Below are positions 22,001-32,162 of a stretch of DNA of 64,000 nt, piece after piece (within the stretch, counting starts at the first letter, position 1; each line of letters opens with the position of its first letter). Position numbers and translations under genes: made by a program. Origin of the DNA: Podarcis gaigeae (Eukaryota); assembly GCA_964106915.2 (NCBI GenBank), contig OZ066918.1. The stretch is one strand, 5' to 3'. The notes beneath the pieces were generated by a model that was given only the letters and a program-made list of their open reading frames with translations, made no database searches and was not told where the DNA came from.

Positions 22001-25000
22001 AATATAACGCCCATCATTTCTGACCACGCCAAATGGGTTTCATGGGACTTGGACTTAAGCAACATCTGAAGAGCCTGAGGATTCCTGACCATGTGTTAAA
22101 TGCTCTGGGGAAAGGTTCCTTCTCCAATCCAGTCTGAGGCCTTGCCACAAGAAACCAACCAGCATGGCCAATTGGCTTCCAGAGCAGGACCTGAACTACA
22201 GCACAACTTGCCAGCGAACTACACTGTTAACTGCATAGAGGCGGAAGATCCCCATGTTCCCTCCTCACCCCCCACACAACAGACACAGGCTGGTAGCAGG
22301 GACCCACAGCTAAATTTTAAAAAGGAACAAGCTTAGGAAAGTGACAGATTTTAATATAAATATTTATTGCCTTCAGATCATATCTCTAAAGGTGCATTTG
22401 TCTATTTCCATATTTTTTTTGTTGTTGTTCACCGCTTGGAGGACCATTTGAGATGAGGAAGCAATTTAAAACTTGTAATATTAATAAAGTAAGGAATAGA
22501 TGGGAGGGTTCTCCTCCCCCAAATAAACCTGAATTTATCTCCATGGAACTACCTCATTAGGCCCCTTGCTGGCAAAGTCAAATCAGAAAAGTCCAACAAA
22601 CTCTGCTACACTTAGGGCATGGAAAAAGTATGGTCCTCATTCTACCCCATTATTTATTAAAGGGGAGGGATAAGGTAATATGAGAGCCCTCTGTCCTAAA
22701 CCACTCACCAACTGGAATTTCCTCATGATCCTCATCAATTCCACGTTTTACCACTCTTGGCCTAGTCTGCCCATCTTGTATGGTACCCCATTCATCTGGT
22801 ATTGAAGAAGGCTGGAACTGAACTATAACCTGAAAAAAATCAGTGGACAACACACTACATTTAAACACTTGGAGTTGCAACCAGAGGTGCATTCAAGGAA
22901 AAGGGTGGGTGGAAAATGACTCTTCTGCATCTCTAGCCCCCAAGGGTCAGGAGATCCTGCAGAGTGGGATCAGTTGTGGCACTGAGGAAGAGACTATGAG
23001 AAATTGGAAGTGGAGGCAGTCACCTTCTGTGAACAGAAGCTCAAGTTACGCTGAGTTTTACATACTGCTCTAACCACACATGCAATGCTATTGTGCAATA
23101 AAAAATCTTATTACCTTAGGATTATGCATAACAATAGTTTCTCCACTTGGAAATTCCAGTCGCCGATGCCACTGATTTGTGGTAACAGCTTTCTTATACT
23201 CTGCCTGGGGGAAAAACAGTTTTGCAAAATCACAAAGAAACTAAGCATCAAGATGTCATGTCAAAGGACAGTGCCATAAACAGCTTATACCACATTCATT
23301 TATTGACAATCCTGTAGTATCAAAACTCCAATATTTTTAGTTTAGCTTGCACAACAGAACTTCCCTATCCTCTGATTCCCTCTGTAGTCCCTCATGTCCT
23401 TGAAACCTCCTCTGGAGGATCCCTCCAGCTTGCTGCCAGTACATATTGGGGGGCATGTGGTGGGGGCACAGAGGGGAGGGGGGGAGAGGGAAGTCATAAC
23501 ACATGAGCAGAAATCTATTCAAACAATGCTGAATGCCACTGTGTACATTACTGTTTCCATGTACTTATTCAGTGTTTTTCTAGCCTGCTTGCTAACCCAA
23601 ATTCCCAAGTTGGCCTGCATTTTATAATACAGAGTAGGAGCAAAAGGAATATGTATGTTTTCCCCCAGGCCTTAGATATTCTGCTACTCTGAGGCTGAAT
23701 CTCAGAGTAGGTTGAGCATCAACATAAAGTTCAATTTACCCCATTTAAAGACAAATAGCGGTAGTGCAGAACATCCTAATCTCCTTTATGTTTATTAGAA
23801 ATATCAGTGAATAACCAGGACCATGTGGATGAAGCACACTTCACTGATCTTACAACAGTATTTGAGATGCAAAATAATAATAATAATGTTGGTCATTGTA
23901 CAACACCACCAGCAGTAACAATAGCAATAATACAGACCGGGATTTCTTCCACATTTTATCAACACTCCACAGTGAGTATTTTTTATCTTCCCATAAAATC
24001 TGAGCCCTTTCAAATTTCAATTTTCAGTAAGCCATCACACACATTTATTATGCAGTCAATTGAAGAAGAAGAAGAAGAAGAAGAGGAGGAGGAGGAGGAG
24101 GAGGAGGAGGAGGAGTTTGGATTTGATATCCCTCTTTTCACTCCCTTTAAGGAGTCTCAAAGCGGCTAACATTCTCCTTTCCCTTCCTCCCCCACAACAA
24201 ACACTCTGTGAGGTGAGTGGGGCTGAAAGACTTCAAAGAAGTGTGACTGGCCCAAGGTCACCCAGCAGCTGAATGTGGAGGAGTGGAGACGCGGACCCGG
24301 TTCCCCAGATTACGAGACTACCGCTCTTAACCACTACACCACACTGGTGTACACTCACCTCTAGCTTTTCGCTGAAATCCTCAGTGTAAGGAATAAACTT
24401 GCTGTCTTGATCTCCCTTATAAAACCAAGTACATCTTCTCACTTCAGATGGCTCTTCTTCCCAGTATACAGCTTTCCTTACTCGGTCATAGAGATAAACA
24501 TCATAACGTCCTCCGTCAGTACTAAGGACAACATTCTCTGGATCAGGTTGCACTAGAAGCATTAAAAAATGTTTTATTAGCTTGGAATCCTTCAATTGAT
24601 AAGCTAACACATATTTAGAAACAAGAAGGAAATATTCACTTTTCCTTCTCTTCAAATTTTATATTAGAACAATGAAACAGAGAGGTCAAACCAAATGTGT
24701 TACTGGGAAACTTGGCACTTTTGAAAGATTTCTAGACTTGTCACTGCATGTCTCTTTTCCCAGTTGTTCCACTATGTTCACTGGTGTGGATCCGAATGTA
24801 GGCAGTATAAAACACAAGCATTCTCACAGGCAATAATTCTGTGATATGATTGTCATCTTCAAATATCTGAAGTGCTGCCGCCTGGAAGATGGAGCAAGCT
24901 TGTTTTCTGCTACTCCCAGAGGGAAGACCCAAACCAATGGATTGCAATTACAAGAAATGAGATTCTGATTCAACATTAGGAATGACTTTATGACAGTTAA

Positions 25001-28000
25001 GAGCTGTATGGCAATGGAATGGACTCCATCAGGAGGTGGGGGACTCTCCTTCATTGGAGGTTTTTCAAAAGGAGATTGGATGGCAATCTGTCAGGGATTA
25101 TTTAGTTATGATTCTTGCATTCCAAGGGGTTTGGACTAGATTACCCTAGTTGGGATATCTTCCATTTCTACAGTTCTGTGAACTGGCTACCAGCAAACTA
25201 TGCCTTTCTAATTGCTCACATAGAAGTTGCCAAGATGAATGAAGCAAAGAGCTGCCTATGAAAACAAAATCAGGACATGGGATTTATACACAAAAGTGAA
25301 TCTGAACGTGGAACTGAACATATATCACGTTCCCATTTAAGAAACACCAGCATAAGAATATGTAAATATATGCAAATGTATAGAGAAGTCTTCTTCAGCT
25401 TGGTGCCTTCCAGATGTTTTGGACTGAACACTGGTAACACTGTCTGCGGCTGATTGGAGTTGCAGACCAAAATGTCTGGAGGGTACTAGATTGGGACGGG
25501 TTAGTATTTCTGCCTTCTCATTGTAAACCATCAGCAATTTGTTATTCCTCTTTATTTTCAAAGCCAAAAAGCCATCACATAAATGAAAAGTGCAGAGGTC
25601 TTACCAGAGTTATAAACTTCCTCTAGTGTTGTAGAATCTAGGACACTGAATGGCATCCATAGCTCCTTGTTTTCCACCTCCTTGCAATAAAACCAATGGG
25701 GCTGAACTGGCTCATATTGGTTATGTAGTAAGATGGGAGGTGCTTTCACCAAAGGGCCTGCTGACAGGGGAGCCACAGGCGGCATTGGTGACTGAGGCGA
25801 AGAAAACTGAAAATGAAACCAGTTTAAATGTATACAATTCTTAATTTTAAAAGGTTATTATAAACACAAAATCCACTGCCCTCCAGATTACATTGATCAT
25901 GTACATTATTATCATACATTTATTAAATTCTAGAATTGGTCAGATCCAACAAAATGATCCTTAGATTCTTCATTCCATACATCTGATTACTATGTCATTA
26001 AATACAAGCTTGATTCAGAGTGAGGTGCCTTCTCCAAAGCTCTCTATCAACATCTACCGTATCTAACCGAAATCTGGGTGCGTCCTATGGGGCGAATGCA
26101 GGCTTTCGCTGAAGCTTGGAGAGCCAGAGGGGTTGGTGCGCACCGAACCCTCTTGCTCTCCAGGCTTCAGGAAGACATCCGCAGCCTAGGCAGCCCGGCG
26201 GGAGTTCCCGCATGGCTGTCTAGACTGCGGATAACAGCCTGTTTCCCGGAGCGCCGGGCGCGCTGAAAGCAGAGCGCCCGGCGCTTCGAGAACACATCCA
26301 CAGCCTAGGCAGCCCTGCGGGAGTTCCCGCAGGGCTCCCCAGGCTGTGGATAGCAGTGTGCTTCCGGGCGCACGGGGCGCCCTGAAGCAGAGCGTCCCAC
26401 GCGCCTGGCAGACATCCGCAGCGTGGGGAGCCCTGCAGGAGTTCCCGCAGGGCTCCCCACGCTGCGGATAGCAGTCTGCCGCCCAGCGCGGGGCGCGCCC
26501 TGAAGCAGAGCGCCCTGAAGCAGAGCGCCCCTCGCGCCGGGCAGGCATCGGCCAGCCCCACAAGCTCGGGGGACAGCGGGGAGGAACAGCGCCGCCATCC
26601 CGCTGTTCCCCGACCTGGTTTTGGGGGAGAAATAAAGGAAAACATTTTTTCCTTTATTTCACCCCAAAAAAACTAGGTGCGTACTATGGGACAGAGCATC
26701 CTATGGGATGAAAAATACGGTAATTCAGTGTAGGTTTCAAATTTATCAAGTTTAATGCAAAACCTAATTTGTGTCTGTATATGTAGGCATGTTTGGGTCA
26801 AATATTTTCTAATGTCTATCATTTGATTTGCTTAAATATCATCAATACTCTCTTCCCTGATGGCTGGTGCCAGTTCACAATTATTCTGGTACTACAGTGC
26901 TGCTGTTTTATAGATTACTTTATTTCTACTTTTTCAATGAAAAGCAGTCTAGAAGTGATTTTATTAACAAAAATTAAGAATATTCCATATAATCAAGAAC
27001 AATCTTATTTTCCTATTTTATCTTTGCCCTGTGATCTGGCAGTGTTCTGTAAAGTTTCAGGCAAAGTTAGAGGGTTCCAAAAGGAAGCTTTTGTAGCATA
27101 ACTCTCATTGTTCATCATACTAAATTAATGCTTTAAAATACTGCCATTTCTTGTTTTGTCTGTCAACTGATCAATATTTTCCAATTCTCTTTCCCTCCCC
27201 CTGAATTTAGTAATTACTACTTTGAACCAATGGAGGTTCTGGAAGATGCAGGGCAGGGCAAGCTAGGTCACGAGAGGACCCTTAAAAGTTTTATACCAAT
27301 TCCAAAAGCTAAAAATCACTTTCCGTACCGGTGGCAGTGTCCCTGGAGTCGCATACATGTGCATAGGTGGTACAGAGGCTGGAGGCTGAACGTTCTGGGT
27401 GGGTGTTTGTGTCTGTTGAAGTTGCGGTGGAGTGATGTAAGGATTAGCTCTACTGCTTAAAGTAGTATGGCGATATGGGTTGTAGCCTTGCTGCGATATG
27501 GCATGAGGAGGAGTTGAGAAGCCAGCTGGTGGAGGACCAGTGTATGAACCAATTCCTGAAGCAGGCGGCGCATTAAAAGGCTGTGATTTGGAAAGAGGAG
27601 CTGAGAAAGCATTTGGCCCATCTTGTGATCCAGGCAGAAGTGGGAGAGAAGCTGAAGTCTTAGAGAAAACAGATGTTCCAGCTTGGGGTGGGGATGTTGC
27701 GCCTAAGGATGGCTGCCCAATGCTTCCAAAGGGATCACTGCTGCTAGGAACTTGGGAGAAATAACTGAAAGTTGGCGGGGGGTTAGGATTTGCAGAAGTC
27801 TGCCCCAGGAAGCTGTCTTCTTCACCAACATCAGTCGTATCATCTACAACAAAGGATACAAGGATTACTGAAAGAAAGGGAAGCTTATGTGGAGAAACTA
27901 TTGGTAGTACTGTCCGTTTTAAACATTTCCCCCAAAATAGGAAAATTTATCCAGTCCCGTTCCTTTCTTGTTCACTGCAGCACATTATCTTGGAGAACTG

Positions 28001-31000
28001 AGACTTTTCCTTGTATGAAGGTTTTCTGGTTTCAGTTCCAAAAGCAGAATTTTGAATCACCTATTAAATTGACAAAATCACTTGGCCAACTAACTCACTA
28101 GTGCTTTTAATGTGTTAGGCTTATGCATATATCATTACTTAAAAGAACCTTCTGAGACACGCTTTCAAGTGGTTTGCATACCACACTGAGAGATGTATTC
28201 TCTGTGGTGACATTCCAGCCCCTGGACTCTTTCCATTCTGATATTTACAAATCGTGAGTCTTAACATTTTTTTGAAGCACTGTGAAAACACTTTATTTAG
28301 ATACATGTTTACTGAATAGTAAACGCAGGTGGCACTGTGGGTTAAAGCCTCAGCGCCTAGGACTTGCCGATCGAAAGGTCGGCGGTTCGAATGCCTGCGG
28401 CGGGGTGCGCTCCCGCTGCTCGGTCCCAGCGCCTGCCAACCTAGCAGTTCGAAAGCACCTCCGGGTGCAAGTAGATAAATAGGGACCGCTTACCAGCGGG
28501 AAGGTAAACGGCGTTTCCGTGTGCGGCTCTGGCTCGCCAGAGCAGCGATGTCACGCTGGCCACGTGACCCGGAAGTGTCTCCGGACAGCGCTGGCCCCTG
28601 GCCTCTTGAGTGAGATGGGCGCACAACCCCAGAGTCTGTGAAGACTGGCCCGTACGGGCAGGGGTACCTTTACCTTTACCTTACTGAATAGTAATATATA
28701 CACTTTTTTAAAATAACACATTCTGAGTGCATTGTGCTTTTAACATTTCTCACAAGTGTTTGTTAACAGTGTGGTATGATTCAGAGAGCCTGCCAATTTG
28801 AGATACATGCAGGAATACACACTGTCAATGTGCATCCCTATATATATATATTGCCTGTACCTGCAGGTGAATTTTAATTGCCCAGACATTTAACTCAGTT
28901 CTTTAGAACTGTGCTTTCATCCTTCCCCCTGGATAAATTGTATACTTTTCTTTTGAAAATTACTTCAAATAGTAACAAATAATGAGAGACTTCAAAGCAG
29001 GTTGTCAAACATTGCAGTGTTGTTATTTTATTTCCGCTCTTTAATATGTCTTGCTATTCTGCCTTTTACACTACTGTCACATTTAGACACAAACACATTT
29101 AGAGCAAATACTATTTTTTGAACTACTTCCTCTTACATAAACCTAGAATTTTCAAATGACATTGCTGGCATAAATTGCAGATTATTCCCAAACATAATTA
29201 GCTATAACATAACCTTCATTTGCAATCTCTCACACTACCCAAAAGCGAATCCAAGCTTCCAAAGGCCTCTGAAATGCACATATCAATGTCTATAGTGGTA
29301 CCTTGGTTTACGAACTTAACCCGTTCCGGAAGTCCGTTCTTAAACCAAGGCATGCTTTCCCATAGAGGCGGGGGACTTAATTTACACTCAAAAGGAAGCA
29401 AAACATGTTCTTATTCCAAGGCAAAGTTCACAAACCAAAACACCTACTTCCGAATTGTTCATAAACTAAGCTGTTCTTAAACAAAGGAACCACTGTAGCA
29501 ATGTCTAAGATGAAGCATTTTGCTTTTCCTAAGAGGTTTGTGGGGAAATCACAATCCACAATTTTACCCTATTAGAAGAACAGAAAAGGTAGGACTTCTG
29601 TCTAATTCACACCAGCAAATGTTTTATCATCAAAAGTAGTCACATCATCTTCAATAAGAACAAGATGAAAAGAACAAGACATGAAAATAAACAAACCCTA
29701 CTCTAAAAAACTCTTAAGCACAAATAAAAAGTAGTGAGGACTGGCTCACTACTTTCAGGCAAAATGAAAGTGGATGCCAGGACTCCCACACTGACAAGAT
29801 AATCAAGAATCCAGCCTGAGGGATTAACGAAGCACAGAACTTGTTATTGTTTTCACAAAGAACTGCAACTCTCTGGAGGAGTTTGAAAACACCCAGTGAC
29901 AAACTTTCCCCAAAATTCAGCATAAGTAATTATATTCTCTTTAATGCATGAACTTGATCAGCAGGTGTAAACAGGCAAGTTTGCCTGTTACCATGTGTGC
30001 TCAGTATCTGCATTTATCATGCATGGTTATCAGCAAAAAACGTAGTCCTAAAACTAAATATTACAGGACAACACAGAATACACTCAGCAGCCAAGCACCA
30101 ATAACAGCGGCCACAATCAGTGTTAAGAGTGTTATTCTCTAACCTGCCTGTTAGTACAGCAGAGTCATTAAGGATGTAGCTAGCCTAATTCAAGAGCTAC
30201 CTAGTATTCTCTCAAAAAATGTTGCCCCTAGGAAATGCCTCACCACTATAAGATAGTGACAAACTTTCCCCAAAATTCAGCATAAATAATTATGCTGGAT
30301 CCTTTCCCCACTCCCATTCCCCAAGGGCCAAGGTTGACAAGTGAGCCTTACCCTTGCAGAAGCCACATTAGTTCTCCTTCAGCAAGGTTCTTTCTTTTAT
30401 ATACTTAGTTATTTCATCTTTAGCAATACTAGTTTGCGATGCTATAGCCTATAATTTCCAGGATCCCCCTTGGGTCCTTTTTAAAAAAACAAACCTGATG
30501 TTACATTAACAGCTTCCCAGGCATCAGATTTGGAGGCTAATCTCCATACATCTCTGTGCTATTCTCCCATGTTTCTCAGTGCTACAGACTACAGACCCTC
30601 CCCGAAGCCCCATCATCAACAGGTTCTCCCAGCCACGAATCACCACCATAACATGCCTGTGCCTTCCAATCCTTTGTTTCAAGAAAAAATATATACAAAT
30701 GCCAACTCAGTCTGGAAACAATACTTATTAACTGGGAATGCCCTTCCCCCACCTCACCCCCAAATTCGTTGTCATCAGGCAGTGGGAAGCAGAGTGGCTC
30801 CTTAAAAGACCTACCGGCAGTGGCATAGCGTGGGGGGTGCAGGGGGGGCCAGCCGCACCGGGCGCAACATCTGGGGGTTAGGGTTAGGGGCGCAAATCCA
30901 TGGGTTAGGGGGCACAAATTATTTGCCTTGCCCCGGGTGCTGACAACCCACGCTACGCCACTGCCTACCGGTTCATTGTTATATAAACTTTTACAAGCTG

Positions 31001-31842
31001 CAGTCATCGGATGCTTGAATCTGGCAACTTATAGGCAGACGCAGGGGGACGCATACCCCTAAACATTTTGTGAATCTTTGTACTTTTGTCCATTTATTGT
31101 ATTTATTTTCCCCGATGTGAACTATAAAATGGTGATTTTCTTGAGTCAGAATGAAAATACCCCTAAACTTTTTTTAATAAAAAAAAGCACTGCTTATAGG
31201 GAAGGGGAGAACAGGACCAGAGCCTGTGTGACATCTCTATGGAAAGGCTGAGAGGCGACCATTCACATCAAGAGCAACTGGTAAAAGACCTGCAGGCGGC
31301 TCTTGGCCGGTGATGCTTCCGGCTCATAGACGCCACTAGCGGGTCCGACGTCCGGCACGAATTAAGCCACGACACCTTCTCGATCACGGGCTTCCTTTCG
31401 GAGGCACGCAAGCCACTTCCCTCCCAAGTCCCTCCAAAGGCATCACTTTCATACAAACAAGCTTCCCGTGCCTATGTGCCCAGTTGGCGAGTCCCCCGCG
31501 AGAGGAACGGGGAGATGGGCGACACCACCTGCAAACAAACGGGCGCGCCTTTTCATCTGCCCACGAGTCCCTCGGGCGCGAGCAACCCACAGAAAAGCAA
31601 CCCTGGTGTATGTGGCGGGGGGGTACCTACGAAGATGTCCAAGCCGAGTTACCTGCGGGCAGGAGACCAGGCCCCGAGGCGGCGGCAGCAGCAGCGGCTG
31701 GAGGAGGCGGAGGGGCAGGGGCTTGGCTGACGGGAATGAAGGGAACCGTGAAATTGAACTCGGTGGCCGACGAGGAGAAGAGCAAGTTCGTGCCAGCCGA
31801 GGAGGAGCCGCCAGCCGCCACGGAGGCTTTCGGGGTAGCCAT
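8579..31842 (-). CDS. SEC23IP: SEC23-interacting protein (p125, intracellular PLA1/DDHD family), whole gene span; 18 coding exons, 1010 aa
   Basis: The exons below join in consistent phase with GT-AG ends (total 3033 nt). The protein has a Pro-rich N-terminus, a GHSLG lipase motif, a SAM-like segment, a DDHD region and the C-terminus [27 protein letters not shown], matching recalled human SEC23IP. Confidence 0.97.
10003..10082. repeat. Compound microsatellite (AGT)n(AAT)n
   Basis: Seen directly. Confidence 0.97.
10888..11047 (-). CDS. SEC23IP: SEC23IP coding exon 17
   Basis: [14 protein letters not shown]...[32 protein letters not shown]; CCACAG / GTAAT; 160 nt. Confidence 0.96.
11224..11416 (+). 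mobile_element. Degenerate tRNA-derived SINE with a CR1-like tail
   Basis: A-box-like GCTCAGT, B-box-like GGATTCAACCC, tail AGGCAGCTCCTATGCGTTCCTA; resembles a recalled common lizard SINE. Confidence 0.55.
12291..12413 (-). mobile_element. 5'-truncated Sauria-type SINE
   Basis: Reverse complement of the 3' third of the copy at 28323-28680; (TACCTT)n tail; 13-bp TSD ACATTTACAGTAA (12278-12290 / 12414-12426). Confidence 0.88.
12461..12646 (-). CDS. SEC23IP: SEC23IP coding exon 16
   Basis: [37 protein letters not shown]...EEEKDETD; TTTCAG / GTTAGT; 186 nt. Confidence 0.95.
12932..13011 (-). mobile_element. Short 3' fragment of a Sauria-type SINE (different subfamily)
   Basis: GTAAAGGTAAAGGGACCCCTG...CTCTGGGTTTGCGGCACTCATCTCAC resembles the SINE 3' end. 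Confidence 0.65.
13858..13960 (-). CDS. SEC23IP: SEC23IP coding exon 15
   Basis: [34 protein letters not shown]; TTCCAG / GTAAAT; 103 nt. Confidence 0.96.
14454..14609 (-). CDS. SEC23IP: SEC23IP coding exon 14 (start of DDHD domain)
   Basis: [30 protein letters not shown]...[13 protein letters not shown]; TTCTAG / GTTAGT; 156 nt. Confidence 0.96.
14961..15176 (-). CDS. SEC23IP: SEC23IP coding exon 13
   Basis: [12 protein letters not shown]...[11 protein letters not shown]...[10 protein letters not shown]; AATAG / GTAAGT; 216 nt. Confidence 0.92.
15849..16071. mobile_element. Tc1/mariner-superfamily (pogo/Tc2-like) MITE
   Basis: Perfect 22-bp TIR CCGTATTGGCCCGAATATAAGC; TA TSD on both sides. 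Confidence 0.92.
16523..16618 (-). CDS. SEC23IP: SEC23IP coding exon 12 (SAM domain, C-terminal half)
   Basis: [32 protein letters not shown]; AAACAG / GTAGG; 96 nt. Confidence 0.95.
17459..17620 (-). CDS. SEC23IP: SEC23IP coding exon 11 (SAM domain, N-terminal half)
   Basis: MTVESN...[28 protein letters not shown]; TTCAAG / GTATTT; 162 nt. Confidence 0.92.
18006..18124 (-). CDS. SEC23IP: SEC23IP coding exon 10
   Basis: [17 protein letters not shown]...EYDQQ; CTCCAG / GTATT; 119 nt. Confidence 0.93.
18396..18604 (-). CDS. SEC23IP: SEC23IP coding exon 9 (ends in the GHSL(G) lipase motif)
   Basis: [28 protein letters not shown]...[10 protein letters not shown]; CCCAG / GTAAT; 209 nt. Confidence 0.96.
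19533..19674 (-). CDS. SEC23IP: SEC23IP coding exon 8
   Basis: [16 protein letters not shown]...[23 protein letters not shown]; TTAAAG / GTAGGT; 142 nt. Confidence 0.95.
20261..20737. mobile_element. Solo LTR
   Basis: TGTC...GACA termini; 5-bp TSD CATGA (20256-20260 / 20738-20742); GA-rich interior. Confidence 0.7.
21835..21924 (-). CDS. SEC23IP: SEC23IP coding exon 7
   Basis: [30 protein letters not shown]; TTATAG / GTGTGT; 90 nt. Confidence 0.95.
22709..22829 (-). CDS. SEC23IP: SEC23IP coding exon 6
   Basis: [40 protein letters not shown]; TTTCAG / GTGAGT; 121 nt. Confidence 0.96.
23115..23204 (-). CDS. SEC23IP: SEC23IP coding exon 5
   Basis: [30 protein letters not shown]; CCCAG / GTAAT; 90 nt. 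Confidence 0.96.
24062..24115. repeat. (GAA)7(GAG)11 microsatellite forming the SINE tail
   Basis: Seen directly. Confidence 0.97.
24116..24347 (-). mobile_element. tRNA-derived CORE-type SINE (Squam3/MIR-like)
   Basis: Minus strand: A box TGGTGTAGTGG, degenerate B box, CORE-like GGGTGACCTTGGGCCAGTCAC...CCTCACAG, microsatellite tail. Confidence 0.8.
24359..24552 (-). CDS. SEC23IP: SEC23IP coding exon 4
   Basis: [24 protein letters not shown]...[10 protein letters not shown]...FSEKLE; CTAG / GTGAGT; 194 nt. Confidence 0.96.
24840..25181 (+). mobile_element. CR1 LINE 3' fragment
   Basis: CR1-like ORF2 end and 3' UTR (...ACTCTCCTTCATTGGAGGTTTT...TTGGACTAGAT...TTCTACAGTTCTGTGA); degenerate. 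Confidence 0.75.
25605..25806 (-). CDS. SEC23IP: SEC23IP coding exon 3
   Basis: ...[30 protein letters not shown]...EVYNS; TTTCAG / GTAAG; 202 nt. Confidence 0.94.
26057..26720. mobile_element. GC-rich non-autonomous Tc1/mariner (pogo/Tc2-like) element with internal tandem hairpins
   Basis: TA|CCGTAT...ATACGG|TA ends; subterminal GGTGCGTMCTATGGG repeated at both ends; three internal units of about 118 nt. Confidence 0.8.
27329..27843 (-). CDS. SEC23IP: SEC23IP coding exon 2 (Pro-rich region)
   Basis: [15 protein letters not shown]...[16 protein letters not shown]...GYNPYRHT...[10 protein letters not shown]; acceptor TTGTAG, donor GTACGG; 515 nt. Confidence 0.92.
28323..28680 (+). mobile_element. 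Near full-length Sauria-type SINE
   Basis: tRNA-like head (A box TGGCACTGTGG, B box GGTTCGAATGCC), (ACCTTT)n tail, 14-bp TSD TTACTGAATAGTAA (28309-28322 / 28681-28694). Confidence 0.92.
29293..29495. mobile_element. Tc1/mariner (Tigger-like) MITE
   Basis: (C/T)AGTGGTACCTTGG...GGAACCACTG with TA TSD; same family as 44883 and 53178. Confidence 0.85.
30818..30963. mobile_element. hAT-type MITE
   Basis: 17-bp TIR CAGTGGCRTAGCGTGGG; perfect 8-bp TSD CCTACCGG. Confidence 0.9.
31036..31192. mobile_element. hAT-type MITE with most of the left TIR deleted
   Basis: Perfect 8-bp TSD CTTATAGG (31028-31035 / 31193-31200); CAG...AAAAAAGCACTG ends. Confidence 0.75.
31653..31842 (-). CDS. SEC23IP: SEC23IP coding exon 1
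   Basis: [38 protein letters not shown]...LLPA; donor CAG|GTAAC; 190 nt. Confidence 0.93.
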
Positions 31843-32162
31843 GGCTGTGGCGCTTCCACGTCTCCGGGCTGCCTCTCGGGTTCCTCTGGCGGCCGGGCCG
31901 GCCCCTTCCGCCCGCCTCTAAGATGGCGGCGCCGGCGCCTCCCCCTCATCTCCCGCCAACCCAAGCCCGCGCTGAGGGGAAGGGGGAAGTGAGGCGGAGA
32001 GAAGGAAAGTCAGCTCGGCCTCGGGCGCGCCGCTATCGACGACGACAACGCCTCTTCGCGAAGCACCAGCCCGCCGAAGCGCGCCATTGCCCGCCGTCGG
32101 AGGGATACTGAGCGACCGTCGGTGAAAACCCGCGTGTGCCTCCCGGTCCGAGAGCCGACGAC

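Noticed and set aside
23807-24272. ORFs with poly-E or poly-K/R runs
   Set aside because: Translations of the (GAA)n(GAG)n SINE tail.
26078-26645. Repetitive 62-141 aa ORFs, and a superficial CRISPR-like repeat/spacer look
   Set aside because: They lie inside a GC-rich MITE. The intervening segments are themselves similar to each other rather than unique spacers, there are no cas genes, and the DNA is vertebrate.
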